Program-made: the position numbers and the translations under genes
Part shown: positions 32,337 to 42,449 of the stretch, one piece after another
Layout of the letters: every line of letters starts with the position of its first letter
Numbering within the stretch: the first letter of the stretch is position 1
Notes under the pieces: generated by a model
Told to the model about the DNA's origin: nothing
Database searches by the model: none
The model's input: only the letters and a program-made list of their open reading frames with translations
NCBI GenBank assembly: GCA_965200155.1
Contig: CBDATR010000035.1
Span: 1 to 45,612 of the forward strand
Origin: Nitrosopumilaceae archaeon
GTDB lineage: Archaea > Thermoproteota > Nitrososphaeria > Nitrososphaerales > Nitrosopumilaceae
Length of the DNA: 45,612 nucleotides
Direction of reading: 5' to 3'

Positions 32337-33481
32337 TGTAATGTATGAAAAGTCGGTCCGCTAGTCATTGGCATCCCGCTCCATCCATTTTGCATCATTT
32401 GCCCTAGTCTGGGTCGCCTTTTTATTCCTGGAGTGGTGTCTCGCCGTTATCTATCCAGTGAGAAGTGCAATCTTCTCCCATTGTACTAGTCTACATAATC
32501 CCGGAGACTGTCATAATGCCATATCTCATTGGACTCTTAAATAAGAGTCCCCTCGTCCTCAATCATTCCATGGAAGCGCTCCAGTTTGCCATTTGTCTGC
32601 GGGTGGTATGGCCTGGAATTGATTAGTATGATGTCTTGATCCAGCAGTTCTTCCTCGAATAGTGTTGGTTTCCAGTTCTTTTTGCCCTTTTATTGTCCTA
32701 CGAAACACGCGCCGTTATTCGAGATGCAGGGGCGCCGAATCGTTTCATTGCCAGTCTCAGTAATAGAGCGGCGTTCTCTGAGGCTGCATGCTAGAATAGT
32801 GCCGCTCCGACGATGCACCTAGATGCATCATCTATGAGATTCAGTCCCTCGAAGCGCTCATCTTTTCATGACATGCCAGTGCCACATTGCATTGGAATAT
32901 TTACGCTCATAGCGTACCCACTCTGACTTTGCGGGTGATGAGACTGTCGTGCCGTTCTTTTTCATTATGCGACATACTGCGCGATATATTGTAATTCTGT
33001 CTAAGCCTCTTTGCAATACGTACTACTCCGGCGGTATGAGTTCACCTGTGTCTAAATTTACGCATAACTGATCGCGACAGTTAATGTGATTTGTGCATAA
33101 AATTCCGGAAGACGTGAACTCATACCTCCGGCGGGGTCCTTGCTGTATGCTTCAGTTACCATTCGTATCTGGGTGGCGGTGATTGGTATCATGGGCCTGC
33201 CTATCTTTACTTGAGTCGTTCCCGTCCTCTGGTTCACAATCTTCGTACGTGTCTTGTTTCAGGTCTTGAGCTATTTTGGTGGCGGCAACGCCTCTTTTGT
33301 CTTGATTCCTCTGTTATTCTCTTTACCATTGGCTTGTGCAATGAAATAGTCAGCTACTGTACGCCGGATCCTAAGCGGACTTACTTTTCGTACTATTGAC
33401 TCTGCTATTAACTGCTCCTTGGTGAGTTCTTCTACTTTTAGCATACTGGATACCACAAGATTAGACCTTTTCTGTTTCACA
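32337..33481 (-). mobile_element. IS481-family element with a pseudogenised integrase-core transposase
   Basis: Fragments WVRYERKYSNAMWH, DDASRCIVG, SRPYHPQTNGKLERFH and YN.RRLHFSL; TGT...GAAAAG-type ends; the 33481 end is approximate. Confidence 0.85.
33034..33125 (-). mobile_element. 92-bp MITE nested in IS481
   Basis: TIRs plus TSD CTCCGGCG. Confidence 0.97.
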
Positions 33482-33569
33482 CACGTGTTTGTGTTAGGCC
33501 AATAATTTGCATCTATAAACTTGGTTTAAACGTGTAAGGTGGGGCAAGTGATTCTGCGCATAACGTCTA

Positions 33570-33914
33570 TTGTCGGAATTATCCTCATAAACGCGCCAGA
33601 TGCATCCATCTTATCATACCGGAATGGCATTTCACTCAACCAATCGGCGCCACCATTACCATTCCTCATTAGATGGATGAAACTGGCGCGCGTAAACAGG
33701 CTCGCCGATATCTGCCACCAGTATATAATTCCGGCAAGTCGAATATGTCCACTTCCTCCAGTCATGAAAAACGTTCACCGCCATGTTGAACTGGAAAGCC
33801 CGCCCATAACTTCGGCCCGGCGCGTCAGGGAGTGATTCTAGATGACGGTATGATTATCATGGCTCATTCTAGGACTGATCCCTTGTACCATTCCAAGACT
33901 TATGGTGACCGCTA
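33570..33914 (-). mobile_element. truncated second copy of the TIR-tnpB element (left end and 5' tnpB)
   Basis: Near-identical to 24049-24393; homology stops just outside the TIR (AC-TA|TAGCGG). Confidence 0.88.
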
Positions 33915-33930
33915 TAGTACAAGGGAAATG

Positions 33931-34092
33931 TTACTTTTCTCTGTTATATGACCAGTCTGCCGGCACACAAAAAGTGGGATAATCATCCTTTGCCTCGTCC
34001 TTCATTCTCTCGGCTTCCTCCCAGTCATACCCCTCATAGATGGTCCAATTTGTTCCATCCTGTACTTTGATGTATACTCTCAATTTTTCCAT
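33931..34092 (-). CDS. 53-aa hypothetical protein
   Basis: Translated by hand: MEKLRVYIKV...WSYNREK; preceded by the promoter motif. Confidence 0.55.
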   Translation of the reverse strand: MEKLRVYIKVQDGTNWTIYEGYDWEEAERMKDEAKDDYPTFCVPADWSYNREK

Positions 34093-34110
34093 GTTATAGT
34101 AATCTGTTCA

Positions 34111-34135
34111 TTACAGAGGTAAAAGGCATGGTCTA
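34111..34135 (-). promoter_or_regulatory. promoter motif subtype
   Basis: TAGACCATGCCTTTTACCTCTGTAA; TTTTAC starts 32 bp before the ATG at 34092. Confidence 0.6.
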
Positions 34136-34294
34136 GTCATAAAATACAGCAGACCAACCCGTGTCTTTTGTTTCCCGGTATATTCTGCCTGCTCCCTGTC
34201 AAGTCCGTCATAAAGGATAGAAATACCATCGGGTAGATAATAAGTACTTCATGCTGGAATGGTCATTAGAAGGCATGGTCGAGTATTCCAGCCC

Positions 34295-34316
34295 ATGACC
34301 CGTCCTTTTAGGGGAG
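34295..34316 (+). promoter_or_regulatory. island promoter motif
   Basis: ATGACCCGTCCTTTTAGGGGAG; shares the upstream ATTCCAGCCC with the 27159 copy. Confidence 0.6.
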
Positions 34317-34906
34317 CGACTAATGACAGAACACGATACCCAGGCCACTTTTCGATAGTCCGGAAGAGGCACTTGGTTTTTCACACTGATTCTAATCGGT
34401 GTGGGCGCGGTTTTTACTTTTGCCGCTCTCGGTTCGCTGTCTATACCTCATGAGACCATTATCGAATCCCTCACGGCTTATGTGGACGGCATTGTCATAA
34501 CCGGTTACACCGGTTCAGAACCATTCTGTCACCATTCACGAGATGAGAGCAGGCCACTTGATGATTTCCTAGTATAATGGTGATTCTAGTAGGTACTCTT
34601 TTCATAGAGTCAAATCATGACGACTATTCCAGCGATATAGTGGGGGCATCACTTGCGTAAGAGTGAATAATGTGTGATGCAACGAATAACGGCTTTGTGG
34701 TGACAGTTGAAGGATTCTCCACCGTCAATCATATCACTCCAGCCGGGAACCATACAACCCTTCATAATAGACGGCAAGGGCAGCTTTGCAAATGTCCTGG
34801 ACATAATGAGAACAGTCCCGGATTCATCCACTCCAAGTGTAACCGGAACTGACGTACCAATCAGCACCACGTCCCAAGCTTTAGCAACTGAGATCACACA
34901 TTCAGC

Positions 34907-34930
34907 ATGACCGTCCTTTTAAGGGATCAT
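34907..34930 (+). promoter_or_regulatory. island promoter motif
   Basis: ATGACCGTCCTTTTAAGGGATCAT. Confidence 0.6.
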
Positions 34931-35210
34931 ACCGCACATGACAGTTAGCAAGATGCCAACACATGAATGGTAGAATCCGGCGAGATTGATTCCATAACGT
35001 GCCACTCATTTCAAGATGGAATGATGGAATGATCATTACAGTATTGAACTGGATGGTGACCGATCCCATTCCGTATGGGATTCTGATACTCGTTATAGCA
35101 TGGGGCTGATCAGTCCACACCTTGGAATCATTCCATGACTATTCAGCATGACGGTGAATGAGTATCTGTTCATGACGGGAATGGTGGCCAAGAACAAAAG
35201 CCACGCACTG

Positions 35211-35620
35211 TCATGGGGCGCTTATGGAATAACGACCAGACTCGAATGAATCCAGTGCACCATATGCATCCACTATAAGGTAATCATCCTTGCTGACTGC
35301 GTCCGGTGTTATCGCGTGTAACTTGTCATCAGTTATTGTTCTGCATACGCGGCCCACCATCTGATCAGCATAAGCGGATGACTCTACCATCCTCATGAAT
35401 AAGAGGCATTCCAGTGATGGCATATCAAAGCCAGTTGTTAACATATCAACACTTACAGCTATTCTAAAGTTGACTTCATGATCACATTTTTGGCTCTTTC
35501 ACCGTGCTTGTAATTATACAACAGAAATCATTACCCTTGCCGTATTCATTCCGGATAATTTTTGTTATTGTTTCAGCGTTCCCGGTGATAACAACTCATG
35601 ATAATCCGGAATGTAGCCAA
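35211..35620 (-). pseudogene. hsdR: type I restriction enzyme R subunit fragment
   Basis: RIAVSVDMLTTGFDMPSLECLLFMR...QMVGRVCRT...IVDAYG; upstream ETITKIIRNEYGKGNDFC; 5' limit approximate. Confidence 0.8.
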
Positions 35621-35975
35621 AGACTAATCATTCCAAACCTTGTATATTTGGCTTCACTGAGTGCCCGTGACATAAAAGAACCATGACTGGATTCGGCCAG
35701 TTACGTAGACCACCATGGGAATTTTCATCAGTGACGCTGGGCGGTTCTCTCCATCTATATCACTCTTGGCAAAGTATATTCATCCAAAGAACAGCCGCAA
35801 TCCTGGAATGGTTCCTTATACTCGGCTATCCGTATTGGCGCATCATTCCAAGAATGGTTACCTGCTCTCATGTACATTACAGCGCTACTGGTTCCATTAT
35901 TGCAAAATCATACCCGGTGGCGGTTTTGTTTTTTGATAACCCAAAAACCCCTCACCATTATAACAGAATAATGTA

Positions 35976-38900
35976 ATGGGTCATTCACTCTCCACCATAA
36001 GAAAAGGCGCCGGTCATGGAATGGTACGGCGGGACGGCTTTCAGTTCATGATGATTGCCATGATGTTGCCGTTGATAGTGGGCGCCGTCGCAGGGATTGT
36101 ATCCGGATTCAGTGGATTCATTGAGTCAGCATTCATGGAGATGACACTAAAGCTGGAAGGCTTTGATTATGCCTTTGGTCCGGCAGAGTGTGACGGGGAG
36201 TGGAAGGAATGCGGGAATGCTACATTCGAGTCATATGAGAGAACGCGTGAGTTAGCTATCGTTCTTTTCATTATAGCACTAGTGGCAGTCGCGGTGAAAG
36301 ACATGCTGCAGGAGGCCTTCAATACCAATGATAACAAGAACGTACTTGATCTACAAGCAGGCAACTCAATGAACCTACCAGCCATGATGCGCTACTCCGT
36401 TCTTGTATTTGTATTCCTGTTCCTGTTTCCGCCACTGTGGGATGCAATGTCCGGGACGATGAATAATCTGGCTCTTTGGATAATGAACCCCCATTATGGT
36501 TTCAACGATAATGATTCCCTCATGTGTGCCGCTGGTGAGAGTATAGATATCGAGGAGTTAAAGAATCTGGCGCCATACGTACTTAGTAAGGACCATTGGG
36601 CGGTGTATAATGATGAGGAAGCGTATCCAGGAGTAATCATGCCCTTTAGCGGCCCCAAGAAAGATAACCCGAATTACCCACAAGTTCCCGGTGCCGATAA
36701 ATGGATACCGGCATCACATAGTGAGGCTACCAACTATATCATAACAGATAGTGCGCCTATTTCAAATGCATGTTTGAATGATATAAATTCCTGTCCTAGA
36801 TCTAGTGCTACTCCACCATATGGTGTGAGTGATGCAGGTAGGAACACCGCGAACCACGCAGGTACAAGTATAGGTGACGTTCTATGTGATCCAAAACTGA
36901 GAGTCTCTTACATCTTCTATCAGGCACTAAGTGTTACAGAGTCCTATGATACCAATCCGGAAGCGATGGCAGGGATACTGACCGGTGGTGGTACTCATGT
37001 CCTCACTCTTATAATGACACAGATGATCAAGTCATCCACCACTCTGCAAGTCATCATGATAACATTCATGACCGGTGTGATGATTAACGTGGTGACAGCA
37101 TTCGCACTCTCCATTCTCCCGATAGTTCCTTTCTACAAGTTCCTGCCCGGTTCCAAAAAGGTGCAATTAGGTGAGTATTCCAATGCCGTTTACGCGTTAC
37201 TGGCGATGCCCATGGTCGCCGCTGTTGTGGTGGTGGCCGGATCCGGCGCCGTCGCTACAATGGGGTATAGTGATGACTTGGGACTAATGCAGACATTCTT
37301 TACCTGGCTGGCCGCGTTATCAGTCGTTCTATTAGTGATAGCACTGCCGACTACCATGATCCCACTGATAGCTTCTGCACAGGGACAGGCGACTGCAGCC
37401 GTCATGACCGGCGTGCAGACTGCCCAGTTCGCCGGTTCTGTGGCAGCTAGCTCCATTGGCGGCGCGGTTCTGGGCAGGCGGGATCTAAATGAGATGAAGG
37501 CACTAAGCATGGATAGTGGTATGATGAAGAGTGGTCTGACCAGTAGACAACAGGAAAGATACAACCAGCTCAAAGAAATGGGAATTAACAGGAAAATGAC
37601 CATGGCACAGGCCGTAAGTATGGGTGCTAGGCAAGGTGCAGGCAGTCAAATGTTCACCCCAGACGGCAAGATGACATCCGGATTCAAGAATGTGATGGCA
37701 CCGAACACCATGGGGTTAAGAGAGGGTGTCAAGATGCTGACAAAGTCAAACATAGAGGGTATGGATGATGGCGGGCTCACCAAGGCATTCACAGATGCCG
37801 GTACAGGATTAGGTAGTCATGTGGTGTCAGAGGTTGGTCAGTCACGCGTATCAGAGAAGGAGCGACAAGGTGTCGAGGATGACCTGAAAGAGTCCAAGAA
37901 GAGGAATGAGAAGGAGGGAAAGGAACAGGAGCGTGTCGTATCTAGGGCTAAGAAGGACTTGCTATCACAGGAAAACCCGGACGTATACAATGCCGCCAAG
38001 GAGCAGGCCAATGAACAGTATGAAAAGTCCAGTGAAGAAATGAACACAGCACGTGCCGAGAGGGATGCCGGGAAAAATGATGTAAATAATCTAGATGAGA
38101 AGATGCGACTTGCCGATGGCGAGTTAGATGATGTAACAAAGAAGCTTAGTAATGGTGAGGAGCTTGCTAGGAAAACCCAGGCTGATCTGTACAAGCTGAC
38201 AAGAACGATAGAGGAATCGAAACTGTCAAGACCGGAATACATTGTGCACCCTATGAACGGCACCAGTATGGCTCTCAATGAGGGATTGGCACATCTTGAG
38301 AACGAGGAGGTTGCTACACAGGAGACACTGAAAAACCAACTGAGCATGAATGAGGAACTGCAGGAACAGCAACGTACCAAGCGCAAGAATATTCATGAGT
38401 ATGAGGCACAAAAGACAGAAGCAGAGCGAGTCTTGGAACAGAGGGAGAAGAATCTGGAACAGAGAACAGAAGAGAAAAAGACATGGGAGAGGGAGAAGAA
38501 TGATTATGATTATGTAGCGACGGAGGAGTCATTACAAGCAGACAGGGATCAGACTGCCAATCTAGAGACGAATCTGGGAATGCACAAGGAACAACTGGGA
38601 GCGTTCATGAACGGTCTTGGAGTTGCTGGTACTGCTACCATGACAGCGATGCAAAGGATGAACCATGATAGAATTAGTAATGACGTAAGGAAGGCCCAGG
38701 AGAAGCTTGAAAGGAATAAAGCATCCATTTCAAGAAAGGAGCGGGAGCTAAGAAAGAGTCCTGGAATAAGGATGAAGGAGTCAAAATTACGCGTAATTAA
38801 ATCTGAAGAGAAATTGAATGGCATTAATGAGGAGATTGATGAGTTGAGTCACACACAGAAGCAGCTGGAAGAGGAGCACCGCAAGCTAGGCAAGAGCCAG

Positions 38901-39482
38901 AGGATGATTAATGCTGAGAAGGAACGGGAAGCGGATATTAGTAGTATGGCAGAAGCCGAGGATAAGATAGTAATCAGTCTCGAGAATCTGGAAATCAGCC
39001 GGGAACGGTTCAATGACGTGAATAGTCATATCAACAAGATAAAATCAGAGTTGAGAGCAAATGACGGGTTACAAAGAAACCTGAACAAATTACTGGACGC
39101 CTCCCCTATTGTAATGTCAGCAGCAGATGTCGCGGCGTATCATTCTAACATGGAAAAGATGCGGGCCAGGCTGGAGGAGCCGGGATCAAGGAAGGACAAG
39201 GAAACACTCGCTCAGTTACAGGGAGAGATAGACGAGTATGAGAATGGAGCTATAAAAGCAAGAGAGGATGCGGGCAAGAGGCGCGCGGCCAGGGCAAAGA
39301 TGAATGAGGCCATTCAAGAGCAGGAACGGCTGGAGAAGGAGCTGTTAGAGCAGAAAGAAGTTCTGAAAGACCATCATGATAATGTCATTATATGGTCAAA
39401 AGATGTGAAAGGCTATGATGGAATAATAAAGTCATTGGGCGAAAAGGGCATTCCCAGAATGAATGATAAGAACGATTATTAG
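35976..39482 (+). CDS. multi-pass membrane protein with a long C-terminal coiled coil (VirB6/TrbL-like architecture)
   Basis: Several TM helices with a large Cys-containing loop, a Gly/Ala-rich segment, then about 550 aa of charged coiled coil; the family call rests on architecture only. Confidence 0.6.
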   Translation: MGHSLSTIRKGAGHGMVRRDGFQFMMIAMMLPLIVGAVAGIVSGFSGFIESAFMEMTLKLEGFDYAFGPAECDGEWKECGNATFESYERTRELAIVLFIIALVAVAVKDMLQEAFNTNDNKNVLDLQAGNSMNLPAMMRYSVLVFVFLFLFPPLWDAMSGTMNNLALWIMNPHYGFNDNDSLMCAAGESIDIEELKNLAPYVLSKDHWAVYNDEEAYPGVIMPFSGPKKDNPNYPQVPGADKWIPASHSEATNYIITDSAPISNACLNDINSCPRSSATPPYGVSDAGRNTANHAGTSIGDVLCDPKLRVSYIFYQALSVTESYDTNPEAMAGILTGGGTHVLTLIMTQMIKSSTTLQVIMITFMTGVMINVVTAFALSILPIVPFYKFLPGSKKVQLGEYSNAVYALLAMPMVAAVVVVAGSGAVATMGYSDDLGLMQTFFTWLAALSVVLLVIALPTTMIPLIASAQGQATAAVMTGVQTAQFAGSVAASSIGGAVLGRRDLNEMKALSMDSGMMKSGLTSRQQERYNQLKEMGINRKMTMAQAVSMGARQGAGSQMFTPDGKMTSGFKNVMAPNTMGLREGVKMLTKSNIEGMDDGGLTKAFTDAGTGLGSHVVSEVGQSRVSEKERQGVEDDLKESKKRNEKEGKEQERVVSRAKKDLLSQENPDVYNAAKEQANEQYEKSSEEMNTARAERDAGKNDVNNLDEKMRLADGELDDVTKKLSNGEELARKTQADLYKLTRTIEESKLSRPEYIVHPMNGTSMALNEGLAHLENEEVATQETLKNQLSMNEELQEQQRTKRKNIHEYEAQKTEAERVLEQREKNLEQRTEEKKTWEREKNDYDYVATEESLQADRDQTANLETNLGMHKEQLGAFMNGLGVAGTATMTAMQRMNHDRISNDVRKAQEKLERNKASISRKERELRKSPGIRMKESKLRVIKSEEKLNGINEEIDELSHTQKQLEEEHRKLGKSQRMINAEKEREADISSMAEAEDKIVISLENLEISRERFNDVNSHINKIKSELRANDGLQRNLNKLLDASPIVMSAADVAAYHSNMEKMRARLEEPGSRKDKETLAQLQGEIDEYENGAIKAREDAGKRRAARAKMNEAIQEQERLEKELLEQKEVLKDHHDNVIIWSKDVKGYDGIIKSLGEKGIPRMNDKNDY

Positions 39483-39498
39483 ACCAGCAGGTTTCTTA

Positions 39499-39861
39499 TC
39501 AGCTTCCGGTTATCCTACAATCTGCTATCTTGATCCCATGGGTCTCGTTGTACACCCCTGGATTCGGAAGGGCAGCACACGACTCGGCGCCTCCCTGATT
39601 CAGTACCGTTACGAAATTCGCAATCGCCAGTAAACGATACGCGGTTTGTTCATCTAACTTTCCCTTCATGATGCTGACCATCTTTTGAACGGTCTTACTT
39701 TTCAATGTCTTCTTGTGGTAATACCACTCCTGGAACTCGAACGGTGAATCAACCAATGCTCCACGGAACCTAGCGTGCATTCCCACGTCCGGGATCTTAT
39801 CCATACCTGCACGTCTTAAGACCATGTGCAGTAGCTTCTCGCCTAACTCGTCATTTATCAT
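39499..39861 (-). CDS. hypothetical protein
   Basis: Open 120-aa ORF with a TTTTATA box about 30 bp upstream. Confidence 0.6.
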   Translation of the reverse strand: MINDELGEKLLHMVLRRAGMDKIPDVGMHARFRGALVDSPFEFQEWYYHKKTLKSKTVQKMVSIMKGKLDEQTAYRLLAIANFVTVLNQGGAESCAALPNPGVYNETHGIKIADCRITGS

Positions 39862-40845
39862 ATTTGTATATTATTATATCATGGTATAAAAGCTATGATA
39901 TTATAACTCTAGGAGTTATTTAGAATCAAGATTTGGGGAAATAGCGTCAATCATATTACTAACTTGTAACGCCCTACCAATAATGGAACGGCCATATCTG
40001 GAGGGGTACTTTTCCAATTTAGACAGGAACGTGCTCATTAATACTAGATGAGAGTCTGTCTCTTGGAGTGGGCCTGCACACACCCGCTTTATGTGGCCAT
40101 GGGATAACCGACTCTTTATGATATCGTGATTGTAACTTACACGTCATACTCTTGAACGATTTCTGAGCCACTCCCCCCGAATATGGTATCGCCGGGAATA
40201 GTGCATTAACAATCCGGATAAACCTTCCGGTATATGGCAGTGTATGATTTTACTCTTGGATACGTTCTTGATTAAATTCATGTTAATCCAGGAATAGGGC
40301 ATACCAGTCCAACAAAGGACTGCTATTCCAGTCCAACAAAATTAGATTCACCTAATCGATGGGCCTTTATATGGAACGACCATTCATGAGGCCAAGTTCA
40401 TTCATAATAGGACTGGTATTGACATATAGACACGCCAATACGTCTTAATAGTATTGAGAAGGCGTTATCGACCATTCTGGAACGAAACCTAATGGTCATT
40501 TGATGACATCACCGTGTTCGTACCACATGAAGTCATGAGTGGTGGTTACACTCACCGGTGACCGAATATGTTATGACCGGTGGACGTACAGACCCCATAC
40601 AAAGGCAGTCAGATATCGGCGAATTAGTAGTGATCTGGAACGTCGTATCAAAAAGCGGACCGATAAGTTACGACTTGGGGAGGTATTTCACTGGATTTAG
40701 TAGAGATGGACAATGTGGTTCTCATGGGTTGACCTGAATGGTTACACGTCCCATGTCGGGAAAATTATATGGAGAGAGTATCGATGACTCTGAATATCTT
40801 GTTGGATAACAGTCCCTTGTCATTGACCCTCGTGGGTCTTATTTT

Positions 40846-40937
40846 GTATGAGTTCACCTGTGTCTAAATTTGCGCATAACTGATCGCGACAGTTAATGTG
40901 ATTTGTGCATAAGATTCCGGAAGACGTGAACTCATAC
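40846..40937 (-). mobile_element. 92-bp MITE
   Basis: TIRs plus TSD CTTATTTT. Confidence 0.97.
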
Positions 40938-41029
40938 CTTATTTTTCCTATCTTTGTCTTTTCCGCTCTCTCCATACTGATAGGTAGAATAATAGGTAAA
41001 TTAATAAACCGCTCTCTTTATCATACCAT

Positions 41030-41212
41030 ATGGCACGAATGGATGGTACAAAGACCGCGGTGGCATCAGCGTCATCAAACAGTCAATCAATGAGGTCTAC
41101 AATACCGGTATTCGTTGTAAAGCAGCTCAAGCTAAAGGTAGGCGATCATTTAGACTGGGAGTTGGATAAGACGGATGATGGCACATGGGTAGCCAAGATA
41201 TCAAAATCTTGA
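41030..41212 (+). CDS. AbrB/SpoVT-like DNA-binding protein
   Basis: SMRSTIPVFVVKQLKLKVGDHLDW. Confidence 0.8.
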   Translation: MARMDGTKTAVASASSNSQSMRSTIPVFVVKQLKLKVGDHLDWELDKTDDGTWVAKISKS

Positions 41213-41574
41213 ATGTAGAATTTGTCGCCGATCTAATGGTTACCACCAGAAGAGTTAGAGCAGGCATTGGGGGACTGTATCCTAGAAAAGTCGTGACATT
41301 GACGTTTCCGCCCATTCATTCGTATAGGCAGGGAATGATAAGAGTCACCATCAAAATAATCCAAAAAGTATGACAAACTTGATACGTTTTATCTGGGAGA
41401 CTACGCCATTACATGTATTGCTCTCCATCTTTGGTCGGTTCCTGCATCTTGTTAATGTCACACCGGCAAGTTTTTCCATTCGCGTTTCCGGTCTGTCCTG
41501 GTTGGGCGGGTATGGTCACCCCTTGATACGAATGATGAGCCATTCATTCCCCCACGCTTAACCCGGCTCTTAGC

Positions 41575-41781
41575 ATGGAGATAGACTCGCGCCATTCTTT
41601 TATACCGTTCCCTTACAGTACCAATAATGTACAAGACAAAGGAGGCCCAGTAGTGCGTTTTGTTATTAGGTTAAAGCCAAGGACCATTATACAATTAAAA
41701 CAGTTGTCAAAGTCCTTGCATAAACGACCAGAGGACATAGTTGCCACTCTAATAGAGGATGCCTGTAGGGCGACAAAGTAA
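41575..41781 (+). CDS. possible ribbon-helix-helix protein
   Basis: VRFVIRL strand followed by two helices. Confidence 0.45.
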   Translation: MEIDSRHSFIPFPYSTNNVQDKGGPVVRFVIRLKPRTIIQLKQLSKSLHKRPEDIVATLIEDACRATK

Positions 41782-42449
41782 CCCCCTGTGGTCATGATAC
41801 ATGAAGTTCACTGGAAGGAACCACTATCACCTGATGCCATATATCGGGAACAAGTCCGGCTTTGATAGAATAATGACGTTATAGTAGTACAAGATGCCTT
41901 TGGGGGCGGTGCCTCATTGGGTGGGAATGGCCACCCATAATTGGGCTTTTCCTTGTTTCGGTCCCAACTGTTTCAGCTGGCGTGATATCAGAAGATATAC
42001 TGGAATGAGACGTCACTGCCATGCACGGGTCCTGACAATGGAATGTTGTGATGGCTGAACTTGGGGGCGCTCTATTCCATTATAGGAGACTACATCCTGG
42101 GCTAGCACCCTCTGCCTATTCCATCACATATGTGAGCTCATACTCCCCGTCCTAGATACTTTCCCATGTATCAGTTCCGCGGCCAATTTCAGACAGCCAC
42201 CATGCGCGACCTCGCCGGTCTTCTCATTCAAGACTTGGTTCTGAATTTTTAGGATTTCTTCATGTCTGGAACGGATTCATGAGGGGTCATACTGTTTGAA
42301 TGACCATTCCCCTTGTGCACCATTTTCTACATCCATCACTACCAGGCTATTCAACGACAGTAATTTTGACGCGACGCTCACCAGTTCCCCATATATCATG
42401 GGAAACCATACGTGGTCCTGACATGTGCAGAAACACCCATGGCCGACCC

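Noticed and set aside
34323-34910. second pilin-like gene remnant
   Set aside because: Only a broken hydrophobic N-terminus is visible, which is not enough support.
37190-38824. antisense ORFs inside long genes (also within thsB, thyX and the adhesin)
   Set aside because: They are shadow frames of well-supported genes on the opposite strand.
40905-41093. ORFs starting MHKIPEDVNSY, MCTNHINCRD or MIKTREL
   Set aside because: These starts are read from MITE or IS66-end sequence and are not genuine N-termini.
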